This document shows, one piece after another, positions 49,201 through 62,622 of a DNA stretch of 64,000 nt (position 1 is its first letter; the number at the start of each line of letters is the position of its first letter). This DNA comes from Lingula anatina. Its lineage: Eukaryota; Animalia; Brachiopoda. The notes beneath the pieces are model-generated. The model was given only the letters and a program-made list of their open reading frames with translations. It did not search any database and was not told where the DNA came from. The translations under genes and the position numbers were made by a program. The stretch covers positions 11,966,001 through 12,030,000 of the forward strand of contig CM120645.1 in assembly GCA_051362555.1 (NCBI GenBank). Reading direction: 5' to 3'.

Positions 49201-52200
49201 CAATAAAAACATTGTGAATAACTCAAAGAAATATAATATATTCTGTTTTACCACAAAAACGGCAGATATAGCTATTATTCTGATATCATGAGCTTGTCTT
49301 TAGACCACGTGTCCTCCATTGATGGCTATACTCTGCTAAAATCTCTTAAGAGATTTTAACAAAAAACCAAACTTTTTAGAAAAAAACCAGGGACTAACTT
49401 TGAATGTAAAAATGGATTCATTAACCATTGGTAAGTATGGGAAAATTGTTGTTTACTCCAGGAAAATTCATTTTTTGGCCGAAACGAAGAGTTATTATCA
49501 CTTTAATTATCACCTTAGTTCATCACTCCCTGTATTTACCCAGCTTATCAAACTATATGGTACAGGTTCCAACCAAAAATGTACTAGTACAGTATAGTGA
49601 GGGAGACTACGTATATCCCATCTTTACCTGCAATATCCACGGTATCACTGCTCACACTGGCACTCAGTACAATGGCCGCAGCGTCTGAAGAGGGTCGTGA
49701 AGAGACCTGGACCTGTACAGCTGCGTCTACGGAATCCAGATTGGTGACAGTATAGTGCCATTTCCCAACCTGTTTAAGAAGTTTTCTTTTTATGCACACG
49801 CACTCTTTACAAGTTTTCACGTGCAATTATGTGAGACAACATGCATGTGTCAGCCATAGGTAATGAAGTATATTTCATTTACTAACAGGAATCGATATTT
49901 GGCTGTGCTAGTTATTCCCTTAACCGCCATACAAAACAAGTGACTAAATGATGGAAATAATTATTAAGTACCCTTTATTCTTTTACGACAAATTGCATTT
50001 TTTAGAATAAGAACCATCGTTATAATTAGTCCTTAGGGGTCTTGTAATAAAATTTGACAGCTTTTTTAACTGTCAACCAACCACATAAACATTTAATTTT
50101 TTAATGGAAAGAAATGAAAAGTCCTTTTAGTAGAAGCTGAAAAAGAAGCATAAATGTATACAGTCTTACCTGTGCAGTGCCATTAATATTTAGACTCAGC
50201 ATTCCAGATCCATAACCCTGCGCAGTGGGCGATAAGGTCACATTGTCTGGTGTTCTTACTGCCGCAGTGATCGAACCAGTGCTCCACGTGAATACAAACC
50301 GTGTGCCGTTTCCAATAGTACTGTCAATATATAAGGAACCTTGGATAGAGATACCTCCACCGGAAGCTGTAAACGATTCTGACAATATCTGAAATTGAAA
50401 AATATATTTTAAAGATGAAGCACTACGCAAGTCAATATGGAAAATTTGGGAGGATAATCCAAACCATGAGACTCGATCATTATAAAATGACACGAAACTT
50501 GTTTGAACACACTTGAGCGCTGCGTTATAGATCCTAAATAAACAAACTTCAAATATTCCCAATACAAGACATGTTTTACAAGGACAACAATTTACCTGGA
50601 CTAGAACGTCTTTCTGACCACTGTCTCTCTGACTCATGGTCTTTGAAAATGCGTCTGTTAAAGACGTAGATAGAGTATTCCCTGTTTCAAAGAACGACAG
50701 TCCGCCGGTGTCTTTAGCTAACGATATCAGTTGTTCATCAGCTGAAGCCGTGAAAAGTAAGGCGTCCATCACGACTTCCTTCTGTATCAGGACTGGTTTC
50801 ATCGTCGCTATGTTTGGTTGAACGTTAGCATTTTCTTGTCCATCACTCACAGCAATTAACATACCACCAGCTGCGGCCATGTTGTTGTTTTCTAAAACCT
50901 GGTTGAATTCATGTCAAATGTACAAAAAAAATAGACTTTTTCAAGTTGTATCAGCATATAATCAAAATATTACTGCTGGCGAAAAGGCAATACAAACCTT
51001 CATTCGACTACTCATTTGCAGGACCAATAAATTACTATGATGTCACCCCTTGTTTTATATACTACCCTACTGCGGTTATTTGGGGATTCATGTATATTTT
51101 CTAAATATATTTTAGAATGAAACTTGGCCTAACAAACTCTTTATTTGCTGTTTTTTACCAGACGTGCCTACTCTGGCAAAAATACCCTTTTAATTGGCAT
51201 GACACATGCATACACAGTTGAATTAATTATTGAGGGATATGATGTCAACTCACATCTATGCCCTTTTGGAGACCACAACCAATGCATGTCCCTCCCCCGG
51301 CGCTTGTTCCATTTACAACAGAAACCATGTGTTCTCTCACTGCTTTGGAACTCAATGTCGTTAGGTGCTGCATTATGGTAGCTGCAGAATTGAAAATAAC
51401 TATGCCGACTTGACTCTCTTCGTCAACGGTGTTGCGTAGAAATTCAGCACACACTTTCTTCAAGTTTTCCAATCTGTGCTAGAACGATGATCAAGATATC
51501 GTTTATAGTTTTGACTATAAGGAAAATCCCTTTTCCGGGGAGTTTGTTATCTACGTATAATATACCCGTCTGCTCTTGGTCTAGTATGTGTTCTGTACAA
51601 AAGATGGCGGCATGGTAGCCAGTATTATATTCCGAAGATTGCGCACAGACAACTGTGACTCATACTATTGGAATTAGATCATTTGGAGCAAAGTTCATGG
51701 ATGCTACTGACTTTCTATAATAACACAAATCAGATGAACAGCGTGTGTGTTTATGTGTGTTTGCGCGTTGATGTAAATGATTGAATTGTTCAGCTAAATA
51801 TTTGAATATAGATATAGGACACTTACACCACCCATACTTCCGGATACGTCAAGAACCAGTACATATCTCTTGGGCTGCTGTTGAACCACTTTGAAGGTGG
51901 GAGTTGTATCTACCTGTATATCAACTCGTATAGGAGGATTATGATCTAAAACAATGACATATGCACATGCCAATATTGATATTATTCTACTATTTTGTTT
52001 GAATTAAATGGGGCGAAGCCGGATATGTGTGTTGTTTCTAAATATAAAAAATATCACATTTTTTCGGAGAAGTTGGAGTCTTTGAATTTATATTCATCTC
52101 AATCACGTTAATTGCAATTGAACTACCAGCATTTAAATAACATTTAACCATTTCTCTTGCAAATTATGGAACTGAACCTCACTGTTCTTAAAATCTGCGT

Positions 52201-55200
52201 GTTCCCTCATGACTTCCCAGGCACTCCTGCCTCCACATAGGGCATTCTGCCGGTTAGGGGCCTGGTTGTTATGTAGGCCAAGAATATCCTGTGTGTCATT
52301 GTCACAGAAACCGGACACCTGCAATGGTAAGTGAGCCCCAACAGGTAGACAACATTGGTTGAATATGCATGTATGTAGAACTATCACTAAAATATCTCTC
52401 ATTATGGGTTCTGAATTACAGTTATGCAATATATCATTTTCATTGAAATAGTACACTGTAGTTTATAAATGCATATATTTTTACTGTTTTGTAAAACTTT
52501 TGAGCAGTAGGAAGGTTTTGAAAATAATTACTAGTCGAGAATGCTAGACATAGAAACAGTTTTAAACCTGATAGTAAATTTTGATAATTGATAGAAATTT
52601 AATGATTCCATTTTAACCTATTCATTGTGGTTTTATATGTAGCAGATACACTGTACCAGTTGAGTTGGCCCAACTCTGCGGGGGGGGGGGGTCTCACTAA
52701 GCGCACCTAGGTCAATTACCCCCTAGCTGCCTGTCAGAGAATAAAACAGATTCCACCGTTTGCCCTTAGCGATAATCCTCAGCAGAGTTGGATTAACGCA
52801 ATAGTACGATCTTCTTTTTCTTCTTCATATGTCATGCACCGATGCGGTGTTTAACGGACGTTGATATTGTGCCAAAGTTCTTGGGCAATTCCATCAGAAA
52901 AGAGGGATTGGAAAGTCTTAGCCTTAATGGTAGAATACCTAACAAAAGTGGCCGAGGCAAACAACGAAAGGCCTTTCATGACAAATTTGAATTTCCAACA
53001 AGACACCTTTGGTCATATTGACAAATAGAAACCTTTGGCAAAAAATAGTACGATATGTCCACCTGAATAGTGACTTGCTTTATCGTTGAATTGATAAATG
53101 TACCGATATCGTTTCTTACCGAACGCACGAAATGATGCGACATAAGAGAGCTGGTTCCTTCGTTGTAAGACACTTGAGCGTCAAATCTACAATTCTTTTC
53201 TGGGAGGTTGGTCATTTTATCTGTGTCACACTTCGCTTTTTGATTATTATTATCTATCTTATATTCCGAGCCTGTCACGCCCAAGGAACATCGCACAGCT
53301 TGTGGCTTCGAAGTGTTAGAATGGTGGTAAAAATGACTACTATTCGTGCCGACTGCGTACTCGTCAAACAAACCCCAGCGCAAATGTCCCCACTCGTGCA
53401 GTATAGTCTTTGCTGAAATATGAAAAAAGTACTGAAGAAAAAGCCACAAATGAACTGAGAGAGCATTCACATCTAGAAAGGTCGAGGTCTAGCAAGGCCG
53501 AGCCCCAAATATGGCGGACTTACATGAAAGGAAAAACCGCGAAATCCTTTAATGGTCTCTAAGTGGGTTTTATGAATGTCATGTCATTTTATGCAAATTT
53601 TACTTGATGTGGGTGGTCTACTACTGAGTATCATGCATTACATGTATTTATTAAATATTTCACATAAAGGTTATTTAAACAGTACCTGTCACATTATCCT
53701 AATACACCAATGGATCAAGGACGTTGGCGCAAACATATTTTGTCGCCTTTTGCATGTGTTTTTAGACATAGCTAACAAAAAAGTTGCTACGTGTCCCTGC
53801 CCAAGGTGCTGGCTATAGAAACATCATATTCTTTTTACACATAATAAGAATTTGCACCAATTTCAATATTGAGTTTGCATATTTTAATATTAAAACACAT
53901 ATTTCGTATTACATGGATGATAGTTCGCTTATATACCCCCTGACTGTTCTCAAATCATGCTCGTCTAAAAAAACTCTTATTGCAAGTATACTGTATATTA
54001 AAATAGTTCTCTTACAGACTTACCTGGAGGGATGCCATATACCGTTGCCACAGTACCATTTAACACAAATGTGGGCGTCAAATGCATAACTGTCCCCGGT
54101 TGTCCACATTGCCCCTTCTGTTTGACGTATGGGTTGTTACCGTGTTCACGATTAGCTTTGTCTATGATGACATTGGCTTTATCGTAGGCTTCGATTCCCG
54201 CTTTTCCGTACGTGGGGTTTTCCTCCCATGTTTTTGGAACGAGTATCGTGATATTCCGGAGATATGCACGGCGTTTTGTAGCATTAAAGAGTAGCTGTGA
54301 CATCTCCGTGAAATACTCCTATAAAACAAACGGAACACTTATTGCTTTTCAATCTGCTTAGTTGTATACCTTATGGAATTTTTTTAAAAATAATATTTTC
54401 TCAAATACGCCGTTACATGTTGTGGTTAAACGTGCGCTTTTTATGTGCTTCCATTGGTGTGTTACAGGTACAATATGTGGAGCTTTTTTTTCAATTTAGC
54501 AAGTGACAGAAATGATGCCTTCTAGTCCAAATGTTCTGCACGCTAGGTTTTCTGAAAATGATATCGCAAGAAGAATAGTTAAGTTTCCAATAAACCTACT
54601 ACCAGTGCATGAGGAGTGTTGTCCCAGTGAAGCGCAACTGTGGCATTTCTCCAAAGTATTCTTAAAAATACTGCTTTTCATATGAAATTAAACAAGAAGT
54701 TTCAAAGTAATCTTAAGTTGTTGTTTCCCCTTTTTTGTGTTATTTTATTACTTTTAGAATATATACTTAGTAAAGCAAATAGCACAGGTTAGAACAACTG
54801 CATTTTTATACAAAAAAAAAAAAAAAAAAAAACGTAGAGAGCAGAGCTAAGCACTAAGAGGTCTCCTTCTTCAAAAGGCACAAGTGCAACACAGCGTTTC
54901 TTTGTTATGTTCGCTTAACATTGCGCGATAATACTACAGGTGTATAAGATAGTAGGGCATGGCTTAATTAACAGCTACTTGGCCTGGAGTCCGACAGAAA
55001 AGAAAGCATCGGGAATTGCGATAGCGACAACAGGCCAACCCAACTACCAGACTCGGCACATAAGGACCCTGAATCAACCGGTATATCGTACCACACTACG
55101 TGTTTTTAAGGTGTGCGTCAGATCGCATTTCGGAGCACCATACCCCTGAACAATTTCTGTAGGACACCGCGGGCTCATCCTGTCGGTGTTCTGACTGATA

Positions 55201-56038
55201 CTCCGAAATGAAATTGAAATAAACACACTCGGTTTTATATTGTTCTACTATAGGGCATGGACGAGGCCCCACCTTAAAACCAACTAAAACAAATTAACTA
55301 AGAACGGATAAACTACAAGTCCGTGCACACCCCTAAAACTTGTTTTTATCTAGGGCCTCGTAAATTCCTTGGCTATTTGCCTGATATTGCACAATCAAAA
55401 ACGGTGCAGGTAAGTCGCGTTTCACGTTCCGTTCAATCCAGAAATGAACCTGTGCGAAAACGACTTCAATCAGAGTGCAGGTAGGTCATGTAACAGATTC
55501 TTAAACGTAGCTCAAGTATGAATGCGTCAATATGGGGGCAAAGCTGATAGGCTATCTGGGACGAGACAGGGAAGTAGTGCTTTTAAATAGAGGTGACTAA
55601 AGCCTCGTGTTATTTTGGTAAAAAAATGGAAGCCGCCTTAATTCCTAAAGAAAACCTCCTTTAACATATTCAAAATGCATGGCTAAGATTGATAAACTTT
55701 CTTTTGGAAGAAATAAATGCATGGCCAAGATTGATAAACTTGTGGAATAAAGGTTAATTGGGTTGGCTTGCATCATCGCACCACAACTTCTTAAACGTTT
55801 TCTGATTAAGTAACTGCAGTATTTGTCTTTTCTGGTTCCGTATGTATTAATTACCTAGCACAGCTATTTTCAGTAAATAAATACTTTTGTATGCTCTTGG
55901 AAAAGAGCTCTCAAAACAGGCTCAACACAGACTATTTACATATATTCAAGTCTGCCACGTGAGCATCACTTGTTGTTACAGGGTGTGGCAAAGCGGTGGG
56001 CAAGGATATTAATATGCTTGCGTAGCTTAACGTTCAGC

Positions 56039-56090
<52 letters not shown>

Positions 56091-57495
56091 TTTATTTATA
56101 GTCTAAACCCCATATAAAATGTTCAATAGCTTTACATGGGTAAAATGAACAGAATAAGATAAATAAAGTAAAAAAATTAATAGGTAGTTAAGATATTAAA
56201 ATTCGTAGTACAGTGTAAATAAATAAATGGACAGTTAAGATTTTAAGATATTAAAATAGACAGAACAATGTAAAATATAGTAGCCAGTCAAATCAGTTAT
56301 ATAACTTAAACGAGAGGTGATCATGCATCGCATGAATAACTGTTGCCGCAGAAGATTGATGCAGATAGTTTCTAATAGCACCGATGTTTCTTATGTTAAA
56401 AATACACGATTGAGTGATATTAGATATTTGTCTATGCATGGAGAGAGTGTAATCAAAGAAGACATCCAGATTTTTTATGTGTGGTAATGGGTTCACAACA
56501 TTGGTGCCTACTGGTAGTTCAACTTGTAGATTCTGTGCAAATTGCTTGTTATACAGTATGGTAGCGTAATTAATAAAAACTCAGTCTTTCCGTCATTAAT
56601 TTTCGGTTTCATTTTGATGAGCCAGGCGCGAATATCAGCCACACAGTTGGTAACTTTATCCATAGATGGTTTAGGATTCTGTATGTCACAGCAAGTGTAG
56701 ATATGAGTATCATCGGCGTACATGTGGTATCCAGGTTTGTGATGACGTAAGATGGCACCAAGTAGCAGGGTATAAATGCAAAACATAAGTGACCCAAGGA
56801 CACTACCTTGGGGTATCCCAAAAACAAGTTGTGAAAGATAGACTTAGTTTTACTGTAGAATAAAGGGTGCACGAATGATAAGTTGTTTTGTGATTACTCG
56901 TTTTACTAGCTTTACACCATTGCTTTGGGGGAAGGGTACTCCAGAACAGTTGGAAGGAACACACATACCCGCTATGCCCAGGACCACCTTTGTACATGTG
57001 CTTGATGGAATGCATTGGAATAGAAACGTTGCGAATTAACTGCAAGTGTTTAAATGTTAGATTTGTTGTCTTCTTATTGATAAATTCCCCTTTCCTTATA
57101 AACTGGAGGATTATTAACAAATATTTCATGGCAGTTCTGCGCAATTGTCTTCTCAATAAAAAGGCAGGTAGTTTGGCAAGGAAGGTGATCAAGTATCTAT
57201 GACGTATATACAGTTCAAAAGCAATAAATCAATAATGGTAACGACTGGCAGATCTAAAATAAATACAGCATTGTTGTAGCACTTATCATTTGCATATGTA
57301 GCAATTAATTACCTTTAACCCAGTAATTATTGTTTTATTCGGCGGTACATCTTTCCCTATAGCGATAAGAAGTCCTTCGTATCCGTTGTTAACCAGAGAA
57401 ATGTTCATACGTGGTCTTCCTTGGCCCTGCGTTAAGTCTGCAAAAGACAGCAACGCTGCGAAATAGAGGAATAGGCACACAGTTTTCCGCATCAT
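46221..57495 (-). CDS. CLCA: Calcium-activated chloride channel regulator (CLCA family) zinc metalloprotease/VWA protein with C-terminal TM helix, about 1012 aa
   Basis: 15 exons: 57495-57313, 54318-54024, 53412-53120, 52318-52183, 51945-51827, 51478-51254, 50898-50596, 50388-50170, 49769-49628, 48734-48597, 48394-48233, 47672-47433, 47181-46689, 46457-46421, 46274-46221 (3039 nt, in frame). Motifs: LVNNGYEGLLIAI, HEWGHLRWGLFDEY, HNNQAPNRQNALCGGRSAW, VLVLDVSGS (MIDAS), LLDNGAGADNTKNDGIYS, YPPGRIYDL, LSWTATGDDLDQG. Confidence 0.95.
56043..56830 (-). mobile_element. Degraded L2/CR1-group LINE 3' fragment in CLCA intron 1
   Basis: Reverse-transcriptase relic YHMYADDTHIY..KINDGKTEFL, then KNLDVFFDYTLSM. 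An L2-like 3' tail (tgtaaagc...ctataaataaacattattatt) ends in a (TAA)n microsatellite at 56043-56090. Confidence 0.8.
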
Positions 57496-58050
57496 GTTGA
57501 TTTTGCCGCTGCTCTAGGGCTGTGCTGTGTGTTGTATGGTGACAGCTATGTATCGTGTGTGAGCCTTTCTTCTCAGATATTTTTTGTTCGACTCCTGCTG
57601 TTGTTTGTGACCTCCAATACATTTGATACCTACCGAAGTAAGATGTTATACAGTTGACATAATCTTGATAAACATGACATCTTTTTTTACTGTCTTGGCG
57701 GCCTTTTTGTGAGGAAATAATCGGCTGTTATTATTACACCAGTATCACATGACTTCTTCGTTAAACATTATCTGCGACGGAAAGCTATTGAATGGGGAAA
57801 AAGAACACCACACATTTAAGTTGTTTAGGTAAGGCATTGTGTTTTCTTGTGAAAATGCACAGTGCAGTTACCCTGTTTTATGGGCAGAAAAATTATGTTG
57901 ACACGCTGTTTAGCAGCGTTGAACACTTAATTTTACTTACTTACTTAAATATAAGTGAACACTTAATTTAACCATTTGATTATTCTTTCCTTTTTATGCA
58001 AGTATGTATGCTCTCCCACGGCAACGATGAAGATAAAAAATGTAGAAAAC

Positions 58051-58530
58051 AATCTTGAAGTATTTACTGCATTTTGATAGTATGTCGTCGACCCAAATCA
58101 ACAAAAGCACAATTTGCAAGTTTGAACCCGTAAAAAAAAGGAAAGCCACTGATATGAGTGTCTATGGAAAAATGAATGATCTATGAAAATATTGATGCCC
58201 CTAGTGCATTCAGGGTACAACTTACATAAATTATTGTTACCATTCTCCTCGATCCTGCTTGTTTGTCATTATGTGCACCAGCAAATATCAATTTTGAAGT
58301 ATTTATTGCATTTTGATGGTATGTTGTTGACTCTAGTAAAAAAAGCAAACTTGGCAAGTCTAAATGGATCCGAAAAAATTGAGAGGATAGTCATTGATGT
58401 GATGGAGAAATATATGATCCATGAAAATATTGCATGCCCCTGGAGCATTCCGGGGCAACTTACATAAATTGGTATTTCCATTCTCCTCGATCCTGCTTGT
58501 TTGTCACTTTATGCACCGGTGAATATCAAT
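58051..58530. repeat. Diverged ~240-bp tandem duplication upstream of the CLCA start
   Basis: Two copies share ttgaagtattta.tgcattttgat, atgaaaatattg, caacttacataaatt and ccattctcctcgatcctgcttgtttgtca. Confidence 0.8.
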
Positions 58531-60669
58531 GCATGTGCATATAAAGAGATACCCTCGACATTGCACAAGGAAAAAAGGCCACTACGTAATGGGTTTTATC
58601 TTTACATACCAACGTATGGTTCCTGTATCATCATGATGTTTGTATAAAATAATTTACACCATTTTCAGGTGATATTTTCTAAATAAAAAGCATATGGAAT
58701 TGGAGGTGGGAGAAGGATTTTTGATTAATGCTGTATGTCTTTCTCGGCGAAGAATACATGTACTTGAATAATTTTTTATACAGCAAAATGCTCTATTTCT
58801 GTCTATATCAAAAAAAGCGAGTTTTGCAGCAGAATAATACAATGCAGTGAGCATAGTGCACTTAAGGCTATTTGCTATGTATGCCACCGTTTTACCGAAC
58901 ACTCAGTCCAGGGAGACCGTTGGTGATAAAACTTTTTTTAACGAAATACGGTAATATTGACGGCAGTCACGACTGCATTCACTGGTCAATTCTTACTTTG
59001 CATACCAATGTAACGGCATTCATGCCCTTTCTCTCCGTGATGTTCACGAGTTTACCTGCTTTCTTACCATTATCTTTTGTTTTATCTTAAATTCCACCCT
59101 TGTTCACATTAAAATCAATGAAAAAGGCAGTAAAATCTGGGCACACGGCATTAAAACGAACACCGTGATTCGCTATGTCTGGTGCCATGTGCTATGCTGA
59201 AAGATATACGTTCCACTAAATATACCTGTAGTGATCGAACACGCAGACCTTAATTTTTTCTTTATTGATTATTCTCCCTTTTTCTCTTTGGTAATTTACT
59301 GGATTATTTTGAGGTTGCAGCCTTTATCTTTGTAAATATGTGACCGTGTTGAATAGCTACAAAAAAAGTAACATCTTCACAAGCGATGACATCAATATTT
59401 GAAAGCGGTCGCAAATGTTGGTGGCGAAAGTCTTCGAAAACGGCAGCAGAGATCCACCACGCTTTTTGCGTGACGTGTCAAAAAGTCCAGAATTTATCTA
59501 ACCATTTATTGTTCGAAATAGCTCGGTTTTGCTAAAAATCAGTTTATGTTAACTGCTGTTAAATTTGAGGATAGCAGTCTAAGTTAACCGTGCCTGAATA
59601 ATATTTTTTTACATATATATCTTAAGAAGCTGAAAATAAACTGATAATCACTATTAGGGCATTAGGTGGGTTATGGAAATTCATCTTGGGGTAAACGAAT
59701 CTGCTAATGGAAATCTGATTTGAGTCAACTAGTGTGCCTGCTATAGAAGCCACATTCAGGACACCACCAACGTTTCCTCCACGCTCTTTCCATTCCCAAC
59801 AGTCTGCTGCTTATAACTGCGGTCTGGAATTATAGATTAATCGATTTTACGTTTCACTTTATCCTCCAATCCGCGATCGACAAATCTCAAAAGAACCCCA
59901 ATTCGTGCGTGATTCAGATTAGTCTAGTTCAGTCATAGGGAGCTGGAGTTGCATTTAAATGGACATGTAGCTCTTATGACTGTCACGGGAAATTATGGTT
60001 ATTTCAAAGTTATTCCGTGGCAGTTTTTTTTATATTCTATGCATGTGTTCCAGCGCAATTTCTAAAATAGTTTGATAATAACACATATCAAGCAACTGCA
60101 TAAAAATGTTTAATGCATTTTTTGTTTTTATAATTCTAAAAGCTTGCCACTATATATTGCACGATTTGCAATCCTTTTCATTTACAATGCCAGCATTATT
60201 CATGATAACATCAAAGAGCCCAAACGTGGCTTTTCTCTGCGTCAGGACATCTGAAAATAGAGAGAAATGTATACTAAGGTGAAGAAAATGTGTCAAATCG
60301 AAAAACAAAATATTTAAGAAATAAAGAGTTTTGCCTACGACTCTATGTTTTGCCTACGACTCTATGTAACACCTGTGTAAAAGTGATACAGGCCCTTGGC
60401 AATAAGTAAATTACTAGAATTGAATGAATTCCCCGATTTTAATGTCTAACCCATATTTATAAGATAATTTTAAGTAAAATATTATTTTTTAATTAATATA
60501 TATAATTAATTAATTAATAATTAATCTTATAGTTTTAGTTTAAAACACAAAGGACTATAATCCAAAGATACAACATTTAAAATGAGTAACTAGCATTCAC
60601 CAAGTTAGTGTTTGTAACAGCACTCATGGGCAAGTCCATGATTAATGTTACGCTAGAATATGTAAAAAT

Positions 60670-61365
60670 ATCAAGGGCAAAAAAAAAATCATTTTTATTT
60701 TAACTTTTACCCAGCATGAAGGTAAGATATCCCGTTTCGAGATAGCTGACCATTCCCCTGTTTCCGAAAGCAATTCCCCGTTTTATGTCCAACCCATTAT
60801 ATTTATTTATCAATTTGTTTGTTTCACAGTATTAACATTAAAAAAGACACTCTTACAAGAGTTATAAGAGACATTCTACCTCTCATTCTACCTCAATAAG
60901 ACACTTAACTCAAAGGACAACAATTCAACCCTCAAATGATTATATTGAACTGTGGGGAGCAATCACAGCAAGAATCGGGGAAATCTTGAATTGACGGTTT
61001 TTCGCTTCGTATGCAAGTGTGCATCCAATACCTCGGAGGCCATTTAGAGCATATTTTTAAAAATGGCATTTATACAATGCAACACAAAATATTGAAAATT
61101 GTTGAAATAATCATACACATATTGAATTTTAAGTCCAGCTAATTTCTAGAAATCTAAATGACCTTTGTAGGATTTAATAAAAGTCTTATAGGTTCTGTTG
61201 TTTTTCCAGGGGGTCACCCTGTATAAAGGGCAAAGAAATAGTTTTATTTAACGTTTACTCACCATGTGGGTATGATATCCCGTTTATACCCTTCCGCATC
61301 GATATAGCTGTCCAATCCCCTGTTTTAGGCTACCACCCACGTTTTATTGTCCAACCCATTCTATC
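60670..61365. repeat. Diverged local direct repeats (~60670-60805 vs ~61225-61365)
   Basis: Shared aagggcaaa..., gatatcccgttt, atagctg.cca.tcccctgttt and tgtccaacccatt. Confidence 0.6.
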
Positions 61366-61736
61366 TATTTATTTATTAATTTACTTATTTATCTGTTCGT
61401 TTGATTGTTTATTTTATTAACGCCTCATCTCTCTATTACATTTGACAGTGTAAACATTTAAAAAGTCAACATGAAAAAAGTACAACATTAAAAAATGAAT
61501 AACTAGACCTTTAGGACGAACATTTCATAATTGACATTGGCAGCATAAAAACTCAGTTATGTAGCCAAATGCTCACGAGCTGAACGAATCTGAAAATTGT
61601 CATTTATTTAAATGACCCAAAATTAATAGGATACAAAGTTACAAAAATGGTGGAAGATCAAAATAACGTCAAATTAAGTTATGACACATACATCCCCATA
61701 CTATGGACAAAAAGTGCGCGATAGAGAAAATAATAG

Positions 61737-62133
61737 GGCCATTCATTCAGAATAGGGACTAAGGGCCCCTTTACACTGGACGGCGTCCTTTCTGCGTCCA
61801 GCAGTACGGCCCCATTTGAGAGTTAAAAAATTATAATATTTTACGTGCCGACAACTGGCTGCTAATTGAGCATTCATTCTGATACAAAATTAATGCTCGT
61901 GCCTCCTTATTAAGACCACAGCGATGCCAAATTCCATGGTCGCAGAAAGGACGCAGAAAGGACGCCGTCCAGTGTAAAGGGGGTATAAGTAGTACGAGGG
62001 TCAAATATGGCCGACACACTTGAATACTTCCCCACGGGATATCTATTCAGTGCCTATTAGCGGATTAGACGACAAGCTTTGTAGTGGGTCATCATATTTG
62101 ACCCTCGATAAGTCCACTATTCTGAGTGGGGCC
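61737..62133. mobile_element. MITE family A, copy 2, interrupted by a nested MITE
   Basis: 61994-62105 is the reverse complement of about 9037-9146 with scattered substitutions. The left arm cattcagaatagggactaa lies before the insertion. Confidence 0.75.
61763..61985. mobile_element. PIF/Harbinger-like MITE with TAA target-site duplication
   Basis: TIRs cccctttacactggacggcgtcctttctgcgtcc / ggacgcagaaaggacgccgtccagtgtaaagggg. TSD taa at 61760-61762 and 61986-61988. Confidence 0.85.
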
Positions 62134-62622
62134 AATGAACACAATAGGTGATAGCTCACATCCCCGTTTCTGCTTTAGACACTATTATATTGCTTGACAG
62201 CCTCAACCGTGAGCTGTTACGCCGATATGTCGAATCAGTTCGTGTGTATGTGGTGTAAAAACAGATGCTTTTTTTAGTTTTATCGGAAGTCGTGTTCCAG
62301 TTGATCAGAACTGTACTACCGTGGCATTTAGCCGTGTATTAAAAACCACACTGAGGTAATAAGAACGATATTTAATGAACCTTTTTCCCTCTTCTTGACG
62401 TGGGAATTTGAAATAACGAACTAATTATCCCAACACAGTTGTGACATTGTTGACATGCCCTACCGCGCGTCTACGCAAAAACAATTAGTGCGTCTCGATA
62501 TAATTTTCCGGCAGTTAATCATCTCTGCTAAGAAGGGAGTAAGCGGAATAAAAAGATTTCGAAACGCTGTTCTGCTTCAGTTTTATGTGCTACTGCCGCA
62601 TAGGGATTTCATATCAAGTAGC

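Noticed and set aside
56880-57200. GC-richer intronic segment with a 129-aa ORF and faint resemblance to a transposon-associated Cys-rich protein
   Set aside because: No consistent frame or convincing motif; it cannot be assigned without a database search.
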